Shown one piece after another: positions 51,773-61,538 of a stretch of 64,000 nt of DNA. How positions within the stretch are numbered: position 1 is the first letter of the stretch; each line of letters opens with the position of its first letter. Location: the NCBI GenBank assembly GCA_965215365.1, contig CBDCDS010000003.1:2368001-2432000 (forward strand), given 5' to 3'. This DNA comes from Gammaproteobacteria bacterium. Its GTDB lineage: Bacteria; Pseudomonadota; Gammaproteobacteria; Eutrophobiales; Eutrophobiaceae. The position numbers and the translations under genes were made by a program. The notes below the pieces were generated by a model. That model was not told the DNA's origin. It saw nothing but the letters and a program-made list of their open reading frames with translations, and did not search any database.

Positions 51773-54421
51773 ATGCAACACTCAAAAGACAATTTTGCTC
51801 ATGGTAGCGCTTGGTTCCGAGCTGATTTTCATCTGCATACTCGGGCGGATAAAGAATTTAGCTACGCTGGAGAGGATAATTATTACTATTCAAATTACAT
51901 CCAGGCTTTGAAAGGAGCCGAAATTGGCATTGGAGTTATAGCCAACCATAACAAATTTGACTTTGAAGAGTTTAAGGCACTGAAAAAAACCGCTCTGAAA
52001 CAGGGAATTTTTCTCCTACCCGGTGTGGAATTGTCGGTTAACGACGGCAGTAATGGCATCCATACTCTGGTCGTGTTTGCCGATGAATGGATAGAAAATA
52101 ACCACGACTATATCAACCAGTATCTCAATGTCGCCTTTGCAGGGAAAACACCCAACGAATACGAGCATGAAAACGGTCGCAGTTCATTGGCATTGCTCGA
52201 TACCATTAAGAAGCTCAATGGTTATCAGAAAGATTTTTTTCTAATTTTTGCTCACGTTGAGGACAGAAGTGGCCTATGGCATGAGTTGGAAGGCGGCAGG
52301 CTTCAGGAACTGGCTGACAATGAACTCTTCTGCAATCATACGCTGGCTTTTCAGAAGGTGCGAACCCATGATGTCTCAGACCGTAAATGCCGGCTCAAAG
52401 TACAGGACTGGTTGAAAACAGCTTATCCGGCCGAGGTAGAGGGTTCTGATCCTAAGTCTGTTGCGGAGATTGGAAGGGGTGAAAAGTGCTATCTCAAAAC
52501 CGGCGCGTTTACCTTTGAAGCGATCAAGTATGCGCTTTTGGATCACGAAAATCGTCTGGTTTCGGAGCCACCTGAATACAAACATTCACATATCTCGAGC
52601 ATATTCTTTGAAGGCGGCATACTGAACGAAGAGATCATCAGGTTCTCTCCTGAACTTAATACATTGGTTGGCATTCGCGGCAGTGGTAAATCTTCCGTCT
52701 TAGAGGCGATTCGGTACGCGCTTGATATCCCATTTGGAGAGAAAGCGCTGGATACAGATTACAAAGCCGATCTTATTGAACATGTATTGGGCAGCGGAGG
52801 CAAAATAACACTTAATGCAGTCGATCGATGGGGACAGCAATACGAAATACGGCGCATCAGCCGGGAGCGGCCGGATGTTTATGTTGACGGCAAGCTCCAA
52901 CCCGGCATTTCCATTCGGCAGACTGTTGTACATAAACCTGTTTATTTTGGACAGAAAGACCTCTCTGCTACCGGAGAGGGCTTCGAAAGCGATCTCGTAG
53001 AAAAACTTGTGAGCGAAAAATTGACGGGGATACGTTCTGACATCGCCGAACAACGTCAAAAAGTGATCGATCTCGTTAACAGGTTGAAGAAACTTTCAAA
53101 CACAGAAGAAAAGAAAAGGGAGTACGAAGGCAAAAAACAGGATGCTGAATTCAGGCTGGATTTCTATAAAAGACATGGGGTTGAGGAAAAGCTCCAAAAG
53201 CAGGTTGATTTTGACGCTGACTCCAGAAAATGCAGGCAGCTCACTTCCTTTATCAAAGGTTATATTGAGGATTTGCAAGCGTTTATAAATCAATATGAAG
53301 ATGACTTGAAAAATCAGCAGAGCTATACCTCCAGACAGAACATTGCATTCTTTGACGAGTTTTTTTCTCACTACAAAAAACTGCTAATTTCTTTTGACAA
53401 CATAAAAACGGAATTGACGGTAAGCAGGCAAGTATTGAACGGACTCGATAAAAAAGCGCAAAAATTTGACTCATTCAAGGAAGATCTAAAGGAAGAATTT
53501 GCCCGGGTAGAAAGACAACTTGCCGACCACCTGAGAGAAGGGGGAGCGCAGGCCATTCACACTGGCGAGTTCCACCTGCTCAGAAAAACTGTAGAAGATG
53601 CCACAAAAATACTCAGGGAACTGGCAAAAGAACAGATAATTCGGTCTGAACTGGAAGGTAAACTGATAACGGAACTCACCGAATTTAATAATCTCCTGCA
53701 CAAGGAATTTACCGCGATAAAAAGTGAACTGGAAAAAATCAATCAGAACCATTCGACCATCCGGATTGAAGCCGAATTTAAGGGAGACAAAGATGCTTTT
53801 CTCTCATTTATGCAGGATATATTTCGAGGAAGCCGGCTGCGGGAAGCGACCTTAAAAAATCTTGTTGGTAGCTTCGCTGATTTCGGCGCCATGAAAAAAG
53901 AATGGGCAAGAGTTAAAAGCAACTTAGGGACTTCTCTGCAGATATTTGAGCAATTTTTTGAAGATAACTTGGAGACTCTGCTAACCTGGCAAGTGCCCAA
54001 TCGCTTTGTCATTAGCTACCGTGACAAGGAACTTAAACGACATTCTTTGGGGCAACGAGCCTCAGCATTGATCCTCTTTATTCTCAGCCAGGAAGAGCAT
54101 GATATTTTTATCATAGATCAGCCGGAAGATGACCTGGATAACCAGACTATTTACGAAGATGTCATTAAATCCATCCGGTATTTGAAGCCGGGAACACAGT
54201 TTATTTTTGCCACCCACAACGCCAACTTTCCAGTGTTGGGTGATGCAGAGCAGGTTATCGCCTGCTCTTATTCCGATGATAAACTCGATAAAATTGAAGG
54301 AAGCATCGACCAGCCTGAGCTCCAGCAGAAAATTATCGACATCATGGAAGGCGGCAAGGAAGCATTCAGACAACGCAAACGCAGATATGAAACATGGAAA
54401 CCACAGAACTCCTCGAAATAA
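51773..54421 (+). CDS. PHP-domain + SMC/ABC-type ATPase (Ppl/TrlF-like)
   Basis: DFHLHT, NHN, GVEL, AHVE, GSD PHP motifs; GIRGSGKS; long coiled coil; SLGQR, IIDQPEDDLDN, ATHN. Low GC. Confidence 0.85.
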   Translation: MQHSKDNFAHGSAWFRADFHLHTRADKEFSYAGEDNYYYSNYIQALKGAEIGIGVIANHNKFDFEEFKALKKTALKQGIFLLPGVELSVNDGSNGIHTLVVFADEWIENNHDYINQYLNVAFAGKTPNEYEHENGRSSLALLDTIKKLNGYQKDFFLIFAHVEDRSGLWHELEGGRLQELADNELFCNHTLAFQKVRTHDVSDRKCRLKVQDWLKTAYPAEVEGSDPKSVAEIGRGEKCYLKTGAFTFEAIKYALLDHENRLVSEPPEYKHSHISSIFFEGGILNEEIIRFSPELNTLVGIRGSGKSSVLEAIRYALDIPFGEKALDTDYKADLIEHVLGSGGKITLNAVDRWGQQYEIRRISRERPDVYVDGKLQPGISIRQTVVHKPVYFGQKDLSATGEGFESDLVEKLVSEKLTGIRSDIAEQRQKVIDLVNRLKKLSNTEEKKREYEGKKQDAEFRLDFYKRHGVEEKLQKQVDFDADSRKCRQLTSFIKGYIEDLQAFINQYEDDLKNQQSYTSRQNIAFFDEFFSHYKKLLISFDNIKTELTVSRQVLNGLDKKAQKFDSFKEDLKEEFARVERQLADHLREGGAQAIHTGEFHLLRKTVEDATKILRELAKEQIIRSELEGKLITELTEFNNLLHKEFTAIKSELEKINQNHSTIRIEAEFKGDKDAFLSFMQDIFRGSRLREATLKNLVGSFADFGAMKKEWARVKSNLGTSLQIFEQFFEDNLETLLTWQVPNRFVISYRDKELKRHSLGQRASALILFILSQEEHDIFIIDQPEDDLDNQTIYEDVIKSIRYLKPGTQFIFATHNANFPVLGDAEQVIACSYSDDKLDKIEGSIDQPELQQKIIDIMEGGKEAFRQRKRRYETWKPQNSSK

Positions 54422-55539
54422 TCAGCGGTGGCGAAGATAGCCGGCACCAGTTCAAAGCAAATGTGACCAATGAAACAACATTGGCTCAGGAAATGGTTGC
54501 ATTCAGTAACTCTGGCGGGGGTTCTGTTTTCATTGGAGTCAGCGATGACGGAACGTTAGCCGGTCTCGATGGAAACGATATTGCGCGTCTCAATCAACTT
54601 GTTTCTAATGCTGCCTCTCAGCATGTCAAGCCGGCGATCAATCCTCGGACAGAAAACAAGATAATTGAAAACAATCATGTAATACGGGTAGTCGTCCCTG
54701 ATGGTATTCGTAAGCCCTACATGGATATAAATGGAGTAATCTGGGTAAAGTCGGGATCAGATAAACGTAAGGCCACTTCCCATGAAGAAATTCAGCGTAT
54801 TTTTCAAAGTGCAGGCTTGATTTATGGAGACAAAATTCCCGTGTCGGGGACGAGCTTGACAGATATTGATTTAGATTATTTCAAAAAGTTCTTTGACAAG
54901 CAGTTTGGTACACCGTTGGAACAGCAGGAAGTATCACTGCCACTTCTCCTGCAGAACATGAGTCTGATGAAGGATGGGAGACTGAATATCACTGGCGTGT
55001 TACTGTTTGCCAGAGAACCGGGTTTCAAACTGCCTGTCTTTATTATAAAAGCTATTGCCTTTCCCGGTGACAAAATCCACGCCACCAACTACCGCGACAG
55101 TCGTGATATAACCGGGAAGCTAGCGGATGTTTTCCAGCAAGCAAGGAGCTTTGTTCTTGGAAACATCAGGCACAAGCAGGGAAGGCAGGGTGTAAACGCG
55201 CCCGGACTTCCAGAGATTCCCGCGGTTGTGTTGGAAGAGCTCATTGCCAATGCTCTTATTCATCGTGATTACTTCGTGTCTGCACCTGTGCGAGTTTTTG
55301 TGTTTTCCGATCGGGTGGAAATCATAAGTCCCGGTCATCTGCCCAATAATCTCACAGTTGAGAACATTAAACTGGGAAACTCAAATATTCGTAATCCTAC
55401 TTTAGCGTCCTTCGCGACAAAATTGCTCCCCTATCGCGGACTAGGCAGCGGTATTATCCGCGCACTGCAAGCATACCCACATATTGAGTTTGACAATGAC
55501 CGCGATGGGAATCTTTTTAAGGCCACCATCAGACGGTGA
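54394..55539 (+). CDS. Schlafen/AlbA_2-domain protein with HATPase-like (RecG-C type) domain
   Basis: GEDSRHQFK, EMVAFSNSGGG.VFIGVSDDG; ELIANALIHRDY, EIISPG, GLGSGI. Confidence 0.85.
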   Translation: METTELLEIISGGEDSRHQFKANVTNETTLAQEMVAFSNSGGGSVFIGVSDDGTLAGLDGNDIARLNQLVSNAASQHVKPAINPRTENKIIENNHVIRVVVPDGIRKPYMDINGVIWVKSGSDKRKATSHEEIQRIFQSAGLIYGDKIPVSGTSLTDIDLDYFKKFFDKQFGTPLEQQEVSLPLLLQNMSLMKDGRLNITGVLLFAREPGFKLPVFIIKAIAFPGDKIHATNYRDSRDITGKLADVFQQARSFVLGNIRHKQGRQGVNAPGLPEIPAVVLEELIANALIHRDYFVSAPVRVFVFSDRVEIISPGHLPNNLTVENIKLGNSNIRNPTLASFATKLLPYRGLGSGIIRALQAYPHIEFDNDRDGNLFKATIRR

Positions 55540-55553
55540 GATCTGCGGGTTAA
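55535..55553. mobile_element. Isolated copy of the MITE right end
   Basis: ggtgagatctgcgggttaa identical to 24678-24696. Confidence 0.65.
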
Positions 55554-55564
55554 CCATAAGCTCT

Positions 55565-57814
55565 TTAATCCGGTCGTATGGATGAAACCTGTCGATACCC
55601 CCGCGGCAGGATGTGGCCGCGCCGGCCGCGCGCGTTATGGTAATGGCTCCAGTCCTTCGGTTTCAAGGTCAGGTGGCGTTTGCCGGCTTGCAGGCGCAGT
55701 TTGTCGTTGCGACCGAGCGCGGTGACAGTGGTCAGGTATTCGTCCCGGTTTTTCAGTTGTGCCGGCGGGATTTGCATGATCTTCACGCCTTTGCCCCGCG
55801 CCAGTTGCGGGAACCCGGCCAGGTCTGTCACCAGCAGGCGTCCTGCGGAACTGACGGCGGCCACCAGGCCCTGCTGCGGGTCGGGCACCGGCGCCGGGGG
55901 CAGGATCAGCGCCGGGGGCGTCACGTTCAGTGCGCTCTTGCCGGCCTTGTTCTTCACATACAGGTCACCGAGCCGGACGACAAACCCGTAGCCGGCGTCG
56001 GTGGCCAGGAAGTAGCGCGCGTCGGCCTCACCGAGCATCACGCCGACCATGGCGGCGCCGTCCGGTGGCGTTATCCAACCGGATACCGGCTCACCGTGGC
56101 TACGCGCCGAGGGCAACAGGTGCGCTGGCACCGCATAACAACGGCCGGTGGAATCCAGGAACACCGCCAGCTGGTTGCTGCGCCCCATGGCGGCCTGTCG
56201 GAAACCGTCGCCGGCCCGGTAATTGAGGGTCTGCGGGTCGATATCATGGCCTTTGGCAGCCCGCACCCAACCCTTCTCCGATAATATCACTGTCACCGGC
56301 TCGGTGGGCAGCAGGCGCGCCGCATCCATGGCCCGGGCCTCTGCGCGCTGTGCCAGCGGTGCGCGGCGGGTATCGCCGTACTGCTCCATATCGGCCCGAA
56401 TTTCCTCTTTCACCAGCTTTTTCAAACGTGCGCTTGAAGCAAGCGCCTGTTGTAACGACTCGCGCTCCTGCTCTAATTCATCCAGCTCGGCGCGAATTTT
56501 AATCTCCTCCAGCTTCGCTAAGCGCCGCAGCCGCAGGTCGAGGATGGCTTCGGCCTGGGTCTCGGACAACTCAAAGCGCGCCATTAATTCCTGCCGGGGA
56601 TGATCTTCTTCACGAATGATGCGGATCACCTCGTCGATGTTCAGGTACGCCACCAGCAGCCCTGCCAGCACATGGATGCGTTGTTGCACCTGTTCCAACC
56701 GGTGTTGCAAACGCCGCCGCACCGTTTCCGTGCGGTACTGCAACCACTCGGTAAGAATGGTCTTCAAATCCTTGACCTGGGGACGCCCGTTGGCGCCGAT
56801 CATGTTCAGGTTGACCCGGTAACTGCGCTCTAGGTCGGTGGTGGCGAACAGGTGCGACATCAGTTCGGCAAGGTTGATCCGGTTCGAACGCGGGATCAAC
56901 ACCAGCCGGGTGGGGTTTTCATGGTCGGATTCATCACGCAGGTCTTCCAGCATGGGCAGTTTCTTCGCCTGCATCTGCGCCGCCACCTGTTCCATGATGC
57001 GGTTGCCGGAGGTCTGGTACGGCAGCGCGGTGACGATCGCGTTGCCGCCCTCCTGCTCCCAGCGCGCCCGCAGTTTCACGGAACCGTTACCACTGCGATA
57101 CAGTGCCAGCAGCTCCGCCGCGGGGGTAATGATCTCGGCCTCGGTGGGAAAGTCCGGCCCCTTGACGTAGTCGAACAACTCCTCCAATGTGGTCGCGGGC
57201 TGCTCCAGCAAACGGATGCAGGCGCCGGCCACCTCGGCTAGGTTGTGCGGTGGAATGTCCGTCGCCATCCCCACGGCAATGCCGGTGGCGCCGTTCAGCA
57301 GGATATTGGGCAGACGCGCCGGCAGCAGCTTCGGCTCCTTCAAAGTACCGTCGAAATTGGGTATCCAGTCCACAGTGCCCTGCCCCAGCTCTGCCAGCAA
57401 GGCCTGGCTGTAGGGCCGCAGTTTTGCCTCCGTGTAGCGCATGGCCGCGAACGACTTGGGGTCATCGGTAGAGCCCCAGTTGCCTTGGCCGTCAATGATA
57501 GGATAACGGTAACTGAATGCCTGCGCCATCAGCACCATGGCCTCGTAGCAAGCACTGTCCCCGTGCGGATGAAACTTGCCGATGACATCGCCCACCGTGC
57601 GCGCCGACTTCTTGAACCTGGCGGTTGCGCTCAGGCCCAGCTCCGACATGGCATAGATGATGCGCCGTTGCACCGGCTTTAAGCCATCGCCGATATGTGG
57701 CAAGGCCCGATCGAGGATGACGTACATGGAATAGTCCAGGTACGCCCGCTCGGTAAACTCGTATAGTGGCTGAGCTTCCCTGTGTTCAAACTCCAGACTC
57801 AGATTTTCCTGCAT
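55565..57814 (-). CDS. parC: DNA topoisomerase IV subunit A
   Basis: [43 protein letters not shown]. Confidence 0.98.
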   Translation of the reverse strand: MQENLSLEFEHREAQPLYEFTERAYLDYSMYVILDRALPHIGDGLKPVQRRIIYAMSELGLSATARFKKSARTVGDVIGKFHPHGDSACYEAMVLMAQAFSYRYPIIDGQGNWGSTDDPKSFAAMRYTEAKLRPYSQALLAELGQGTVDWIPNFDGTLKEPKLLPARLPNILLNGATGIAVGMATDIPPHNLAEVAGACIRLLEQPATTLEELFDYVKGPDFPTEAEIITPAAELLALYRSGNGSVKLRARWEQEGGNAIVTALPYQTSGNRIMEQVAAQMQAKKLPMLEDLRDESDHENPTRLVLIPRSNRINLAELMSHLFATTDLERSYRVNLNMIGANGRPQVKDLKTILTEWLQYRTETVRRRLQHRLEQVQQRIHVLAGLLVAYLNIDEVIRIIREEDHPRQELMARFELSETQAEAILDLRLRRLAKLEEIKIRAELDELEQERESLQQALASSARLKKLVKEEIRADMEQYGDTRRAPLAQRAEARAMDAARLLPTEPVTVILSEKGWVRAAKGHDIDPQTLNYRAGDGFRQAAMGRSNQLAVFLDSTGRCYAVPAHLLPSARSHGEPVSGWITPPDGAAMVGVMLGEADARYFLATDAGYGFVVRLGDLYVKNKAGKSALNVTPPALILPPAPVPDPQQGLVAAVSSAGRLLVTDLAGFPQLARGKGVKIMQIPPAQLKNRDEYLTTVTALGRNDKLRLQAGKRHLTLKPKDWSHYHNARGRRGHILPRGYRQVSSIRPD

Positions 57815-57862
57815 ATCGGGGGTTCATCGGCAACTGACGCAGAGGTGTTGCCACTAAGCCAT

Positions 57863-58201
57863 CTACTTACCCAGCCTGGACAGCTTCTTGTCAATCTCTT
57901 CTGAAATGTACCTGGATTGAGCGGCAAACTGGGCTGCCATGTTCTGGTTCGTGGTCTCAATGTTTTTCTCCATCGAGTCCATCCGCTGCTTCATTGATCC
58001 CATGTCTTGCTCCATCGAATCCATTCTTTGCTCCATTGAGCCCATGCTCTGGTTCATTGAACCCATTTCCTGCTCGATCCGATCTATTCTATCCCCCAGT
58101 CCATCGATCTTTTCATACAACGGACTGACTGCTTCCACAATAACATCCCGGAAAGCATAAGCCAGCGTCTCCACGCTACCGTTAAGTTTATCGTTAGTCA
58201 T
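57863..58201 (-). CDS. Small heptad-repeat coiled-coil protein
   Basis: ATG 58201 with AGGAG SD; (M[G/D]SM[E/N/K]Q[R/S/D]) heptads from 21-bp repeats. Confidence 0.75.
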   Translation of the reverse strand: MTNDKLNGSVETLAYAFRDVIVEAVSPLYEKIDGLGDRIDRIEQEMGSMNQSMGSMEQRMDSMEQDMGSMKQRMDSMEKNIETTNQNMAAQFAAQSRYISEEIDKKLSRLGK

Positions 58202-58242
58202 TTCCAATTTCTCCTAGTTAATGTATTCCGAACAACGGGTGC

Positions 58243-58271
58243 AATATAGACATGATTCGAGCGCCGGTCAA
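58243..58271 (-). promoter_or_regulatory. sigma70-type promoter of the 58201 minigene
   Basis: TTGACC-17-TATATT. Confidence 0.6.
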
Positions 58272-58334
58272 GGAAAATTTCCGACAAAGAATACAGGCCA
58301 ACCTGGGGGTGAAGCCCGTGGCAGAGCGGCTGGG

Positions 58335-60239
58335 TTAAAGCAGTTCCTGGAAGACTGTAATATCTGCTGCGGCTTTCAGATTGTCATTGTAGGCTTCCCA
58401 GGCGGCGGTGACCTGTGCTTGCAGCAGCTGGGCACGCACTGCATCGAACTGTTCTTCCTCCAGTGTATCCGGGTCAGCCGGGGTGACCGCATGGACAATG
58501 ACAACGGCATAGTCCCCAGTGCCCATGGAAGCGCCGTCGTACACCGGCTCCGACGCGGCGGGTATGCCGGCCCGAAACGCGGTGCGCAACACCGCCCGGT
58601 TGACGCTGTCGTCGTCCTGTGTGACAGCCTGCACCGAATTCCAGTTCAGGGCGAACTCCAGAGCCAGATCATCTTTTGACTCACCCTGTTGCAGCCGTTC
58701 CAGTAGCGTCTCCCCCTGGGTCCGGGTCTGGTCTCTGGCCTGCTCAAACTTCAGGCGCGTAATAATTTCCGCGCGTACGTCATCAAGCGGCTTCTTGAAA
58801 CTGCTCAGGTGCTCGAGTAACCGCAACACGATATAGCGGTTATTGTCCAGTTCAATCAGCTCACTATTACTCTCTTCCAGCAACACTTCATCACTGAATG
58901 CCGCCGCGATGACACCCGGCTCAGAGACAATGCCGGCACCGGGATCGGTCCGGGTCAGGTAATCACTGGTTTGTATTTCCAGCCCCAGCTCCGCCGCCGC
59001 CACTTCCAGGGTATCGGGGTTGGCAAAAGTCAAGTCTGACAGGCGGTCGGTCAACTCGTAGAGTTGCTGTTCGGCCAGTTCCTGACGCAAGTCCTGTTCC
59101 ACCTCGTCGCGCAGACTGTCCAGGTCGGCCTGCGCGCGTCCTTGGACTTCATCTACCGCCATGATATGGAAGCCCAGCGGTGAGGTTATCGGTTCACTGA
59201 CGGTGCCACTTTCCATGGCAAATACCACCTCGTCCACTTCCGCTTCCATCACGCCCTTGCTGAGAAAGCCGAATTCACTGAACTCGACCGCGTTCTCATA
59301 GTCGCCGGATTGATTGACCACGATGCTTTCCCAATCCTCGCCGGCCTGGACTTGTGCGTACAGCTCGTCAGCTTTTGCTTGCATCTGCGCGCGCAGTTCA
59401 TCCGTAGGCTCCTCGGGCAGCTTGACTAAAATCTGTCTGACCTTGCGGGTTTCCTCCACTTCGTAATTTTGCCTGTTATCGGCGAACCAGGTTTCCAGTT
59501 CACCCTCTTCCAGGTAAACCTCCTCGGCGACTTTGGCTGCGGACAATACCAGATAGGCGATCCTGACCCGTTCCGGCTCCAGGTAACGGCCCTCCTGTTC
59601 ATAATAGGCCTGAACCTGCTCATCCGTAACCGTTATGGTTTCCTTGAGCTCGTCGGAAGACAACACGGTGTATGAAAAATCACGGGTCTGGTGCAGTAGG
59701 CCCGCATACCCCGCCACTTCGGGTTGTGTCACAAAATCCGTAGCCAGCAACGCGGTGCGCAGCTGCTCCACCGCCAGGTCCTGCTTGATCCGGTCCATAA
59801 ATCCGGCCGGCGTTAAGCCGCTCTGGCTCGCCGCCACTTCAAACGTCATCATGTTAAAGCCGTTGTCGTCGTTGAACACGGGTATCTGCCGGACAACCTC
59901 CCAGGCCTCGACATCGCCTACCAGCAGCCCGGCCTTGTCTCCGGCCTGCTGCAACAACTGCGCCCGGATCAGGTCTTCGGTGGCCCGTTGTTTGAGCAAC
60001 GGCTCAGCCTCCTCGGTCACCGGCGCGCCGGATCTGGCCTGCCACTGCTGGCGCATATCCTGGTAGGCGCGCTGAAAGTCAGCCAGGGTAACGTCCTCGC
60101 CATTCACTTCAAGCGCGACCACCCCACCCGACTGTTCGAAGTAATAGTTGATACCCCAGAATGCAAAGGGAATGATCAGGATAGAAAAAATAACAACCGC
60201 CACCCAGCCTTTCAACTGGTCCCTTATCGCCTGTAACAT
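58335..60239 (-). CDS. ppiD: Periplasmic chaperone/PPIase PpiD
   Basis: MLQAIRD...IIPFAFWGINYY anchor, SurA-like N domain, parvulin-like domain; downstream of tRNA-Val/Asp. Confidence 0.9.
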   Translation of the reverse strand: MLQAIRDQLKGWVAVVIFSILIIPFAFWGINYYFEQSGGVVALEVNGEDVTLADFQRAYQDMRQQWQARSGAPVTEEAEPLLKQRATEDLIRAQLLQQAGDKAGLLVGDVEAWEVVRQIPVFNDDNGFNMMTFEVAASQSGLTPAGFMDRIKQDLAVEQLRTALLATDFVTQPEVAGYAGLLHQTRDFSYTVLSSDELKETITVTDEQVQAYYEQEGRYLEPERVRIAYLVLSAAKVAEEVYLEEGELETWFADNRQNYEVEETRKVRQILVKLPEEPTDELRAQMQAKADELYAQVQAGEDWESIVVNQSGDYENAVEFSEFGFLSKGVMEAEVDEVVFAMESGTVSEPITSPLGFHIMAVDEVQGRAQADLDSLRDEVEQDLRQELAEQQLYELTDRLSDLTFANPDTLEVAAAELGLEIQTSDYLTRTDPGAGIVSEPGVIAAAFSDEVLLEESNSELIELDNNRYIVLRLLEHLSSFKKPLDDVRAEIITRLKFEQARDQTRTQGETLLERLQQGESKDDLALEFALNWNSVQAVTQDDDSVNRAVLRTAFRAGIPAASEPVYDGASMGTGDYAVVIVHAVTPADPDTLEEEQFDAVRAQLLQAQVTAAWEAYNDNLKAAADITVFQELL

Positions 60240-60302
60240 GGTGTAATCCTGATGTTTTCGATTTTTGAACCGCGCCCGGATAAATGAGCGGGACCGAACG
60301 TA

Positions 60303-60379
60303 TGGCGGAGTGGACGGGACTCGAACCCGCGACCCCCGGCGTGACAGGCCGGTATTCTAACCAACTGAACTACCACTCC
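60303..60379 (-). tRNA. tRNA-Asp(GTC)
   Basis: GGAGTGGTAGTTCAGTTGGTTAGAATACCGGCCTGTCACGCCGG...GTTCGAGTCCCGTCCACTCCGCCA. Confidence 0.98.
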
Positions 60380-60389
60380 GTAAACCAAA

Positions 60390-60465
60390 TGGTGGGTGCT
60401 GAGGGGCTTGAACCCCCGACCTCCGCCTTGTAAGGGCGGCGCTCTCCCAACTGAGCTAAGCACCC
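60390..60465 (-). tRNA. tRNA-Val(TAC)
   Basis: GGGTGCTTAGCTCAGTTGGGAGAGCGCCGCCCTTACAAGGCGG...GTTCAAGCCCCTCAGCACCCACCA. Confidence 0.98.
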
Positions 60466-60515
60466 TAGGTACCCGCGGCGGATTATAACAAAAAAGTGCG
60501 TGTTCAGGGGAAATT

Positions 60516-60731
60516 TTATCGTTCGGGCTGCAACGCCTGCTCCGGCAGTTGCCATCCGTACCTGCGTTTCAGTGCGGGTGGGTGCGTGGCTTCATCGAGT
60601 TTTTGCAGTGTCATGACTGCCGCGGGGAGCTCCTGGGGCGAGTGGATTACCAATGCCCTAGCGTCCCGGTCCAGTTCCCAGCCCAGATACAGCAGGTTGG
60701 CGACCAGCAATGACAATGCTATCCATCTCAT
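60516..60731 (-). CDS. Short membrane-anchored protein, possibly a truncated SPOR-domain gene
   Basis: MRWIALSLLVANLLYLGW resembles the N-terminus of the gene usually following coaX, but the ORF is only 71 aa. Confidence 0.5.
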   Translation of the reverse strand: MRWIALSLLVANLLYLGWELDRDARALVIHSPQELPAAVMTLQKLDEATHPPALKRRYGWQLPEQALQPER

Positions 60732-60749
60732 GGCGCTATACTACCATCT

Positions 60750-61538
60750 TTATTCATCGTTGGAGTGAGTATGAAGGTTTGCTTGCTTCAGCCCTTCCAG
60801 CACCAGGTGCGGTTCGTGCAGGGTTTGTTCTGGCAGTAATGGCAGGAGCTGTGCCGCGGCACCGCCGGTGACGATGAACAACGGTTCGGCACCCTGCTCT
60901 TCCTTGCCCTGATCTTCCTTGAGCTTACCGGCGCAGTATGCCAGCAGGCCGCTGAGCGCGCAGGCAAAACCATTGTTGATACAGGCTGCGGTGGAACAGC
61001 CGAAGTCCGCTTGCAGGGCTTGCTCCCGATGTTCATTGATGCCCTGTTCATGGATGCCGTGAGTCTCCCGCACCAGCGTCGCCGCGGTGAGCGTCAGTCC
61101 GGGCAGGATGAAGCCGCCGGCGTGCCGGCCGCTGCCGAGGATAACGTCTATCGTGAGCGCGGTGCCGCAGTCCAGCACACATAACGGTCGGTGGTGTCGG
61201 TGCCAGGCTGCCAGCAACGCCAGCCAGCGGTCCACGCCCATAGTATTGATGTCGTGATAGGCATTGCGCAAGCCGGCCTGTTGCCGGGCAGTGACGGCCA
61301 GCTGCGCTTCCAGATTCCAGGTGGAACGCACATATCCGCACAGCGCGGCCGTGGTGGCGGTAGCGGCCACGCTGGCAACGTGAACCTGTTGCGGCGCTTG
61401 CAGAGCGCGCCAGTGCAGCGGCAGCAATGCGGCCAACGTATCTGGCGTGTAGGCACACGCGTTGTGCCCGAACAGGACGTTATCTTCCGCACAGGCCCAC
61501 TTGACCCGGGTATTGCCGATATCTACCAGTAACTTCAT
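60750..61538 (-). CDS. coaX: Type III pantothenate kinase
   Basis: LVDIGNTRVKW, MGVDRW, LDCGTALTID, GGFILPG, TGG, LVLEGL. Confidence 0.95.
   Translation of the reverse strand: MKLLVDIGNTRVKWACAEDNVLFGHNACAYTPDTLAALLPLHWRALQAPQQVHVASVAATATTAALCGYVRSTWNLEAQLAVTARQQAGLRNAYHDINTMGVDRWLALLAAWHRHHRPLCVLDCGTALTIDVILGSGRHAGGFILPGLTLTAATLVRETHGIHEQGINEHREQALQADFGCSTAACINNGFACALSGLLAYCAGKLKEDQGKEEQGAEPLFIVTGGAAAQLLPLLPEQTLHEPHLVLEGLKQANLHTHSNDE

Noticed and set aside
60303-60465. tRNA genes as an attachment site of a prophage or island
   Set aside because: No tyrosine/serine integrase nearby and no duplicated tRNA 3' end noticed in the window.
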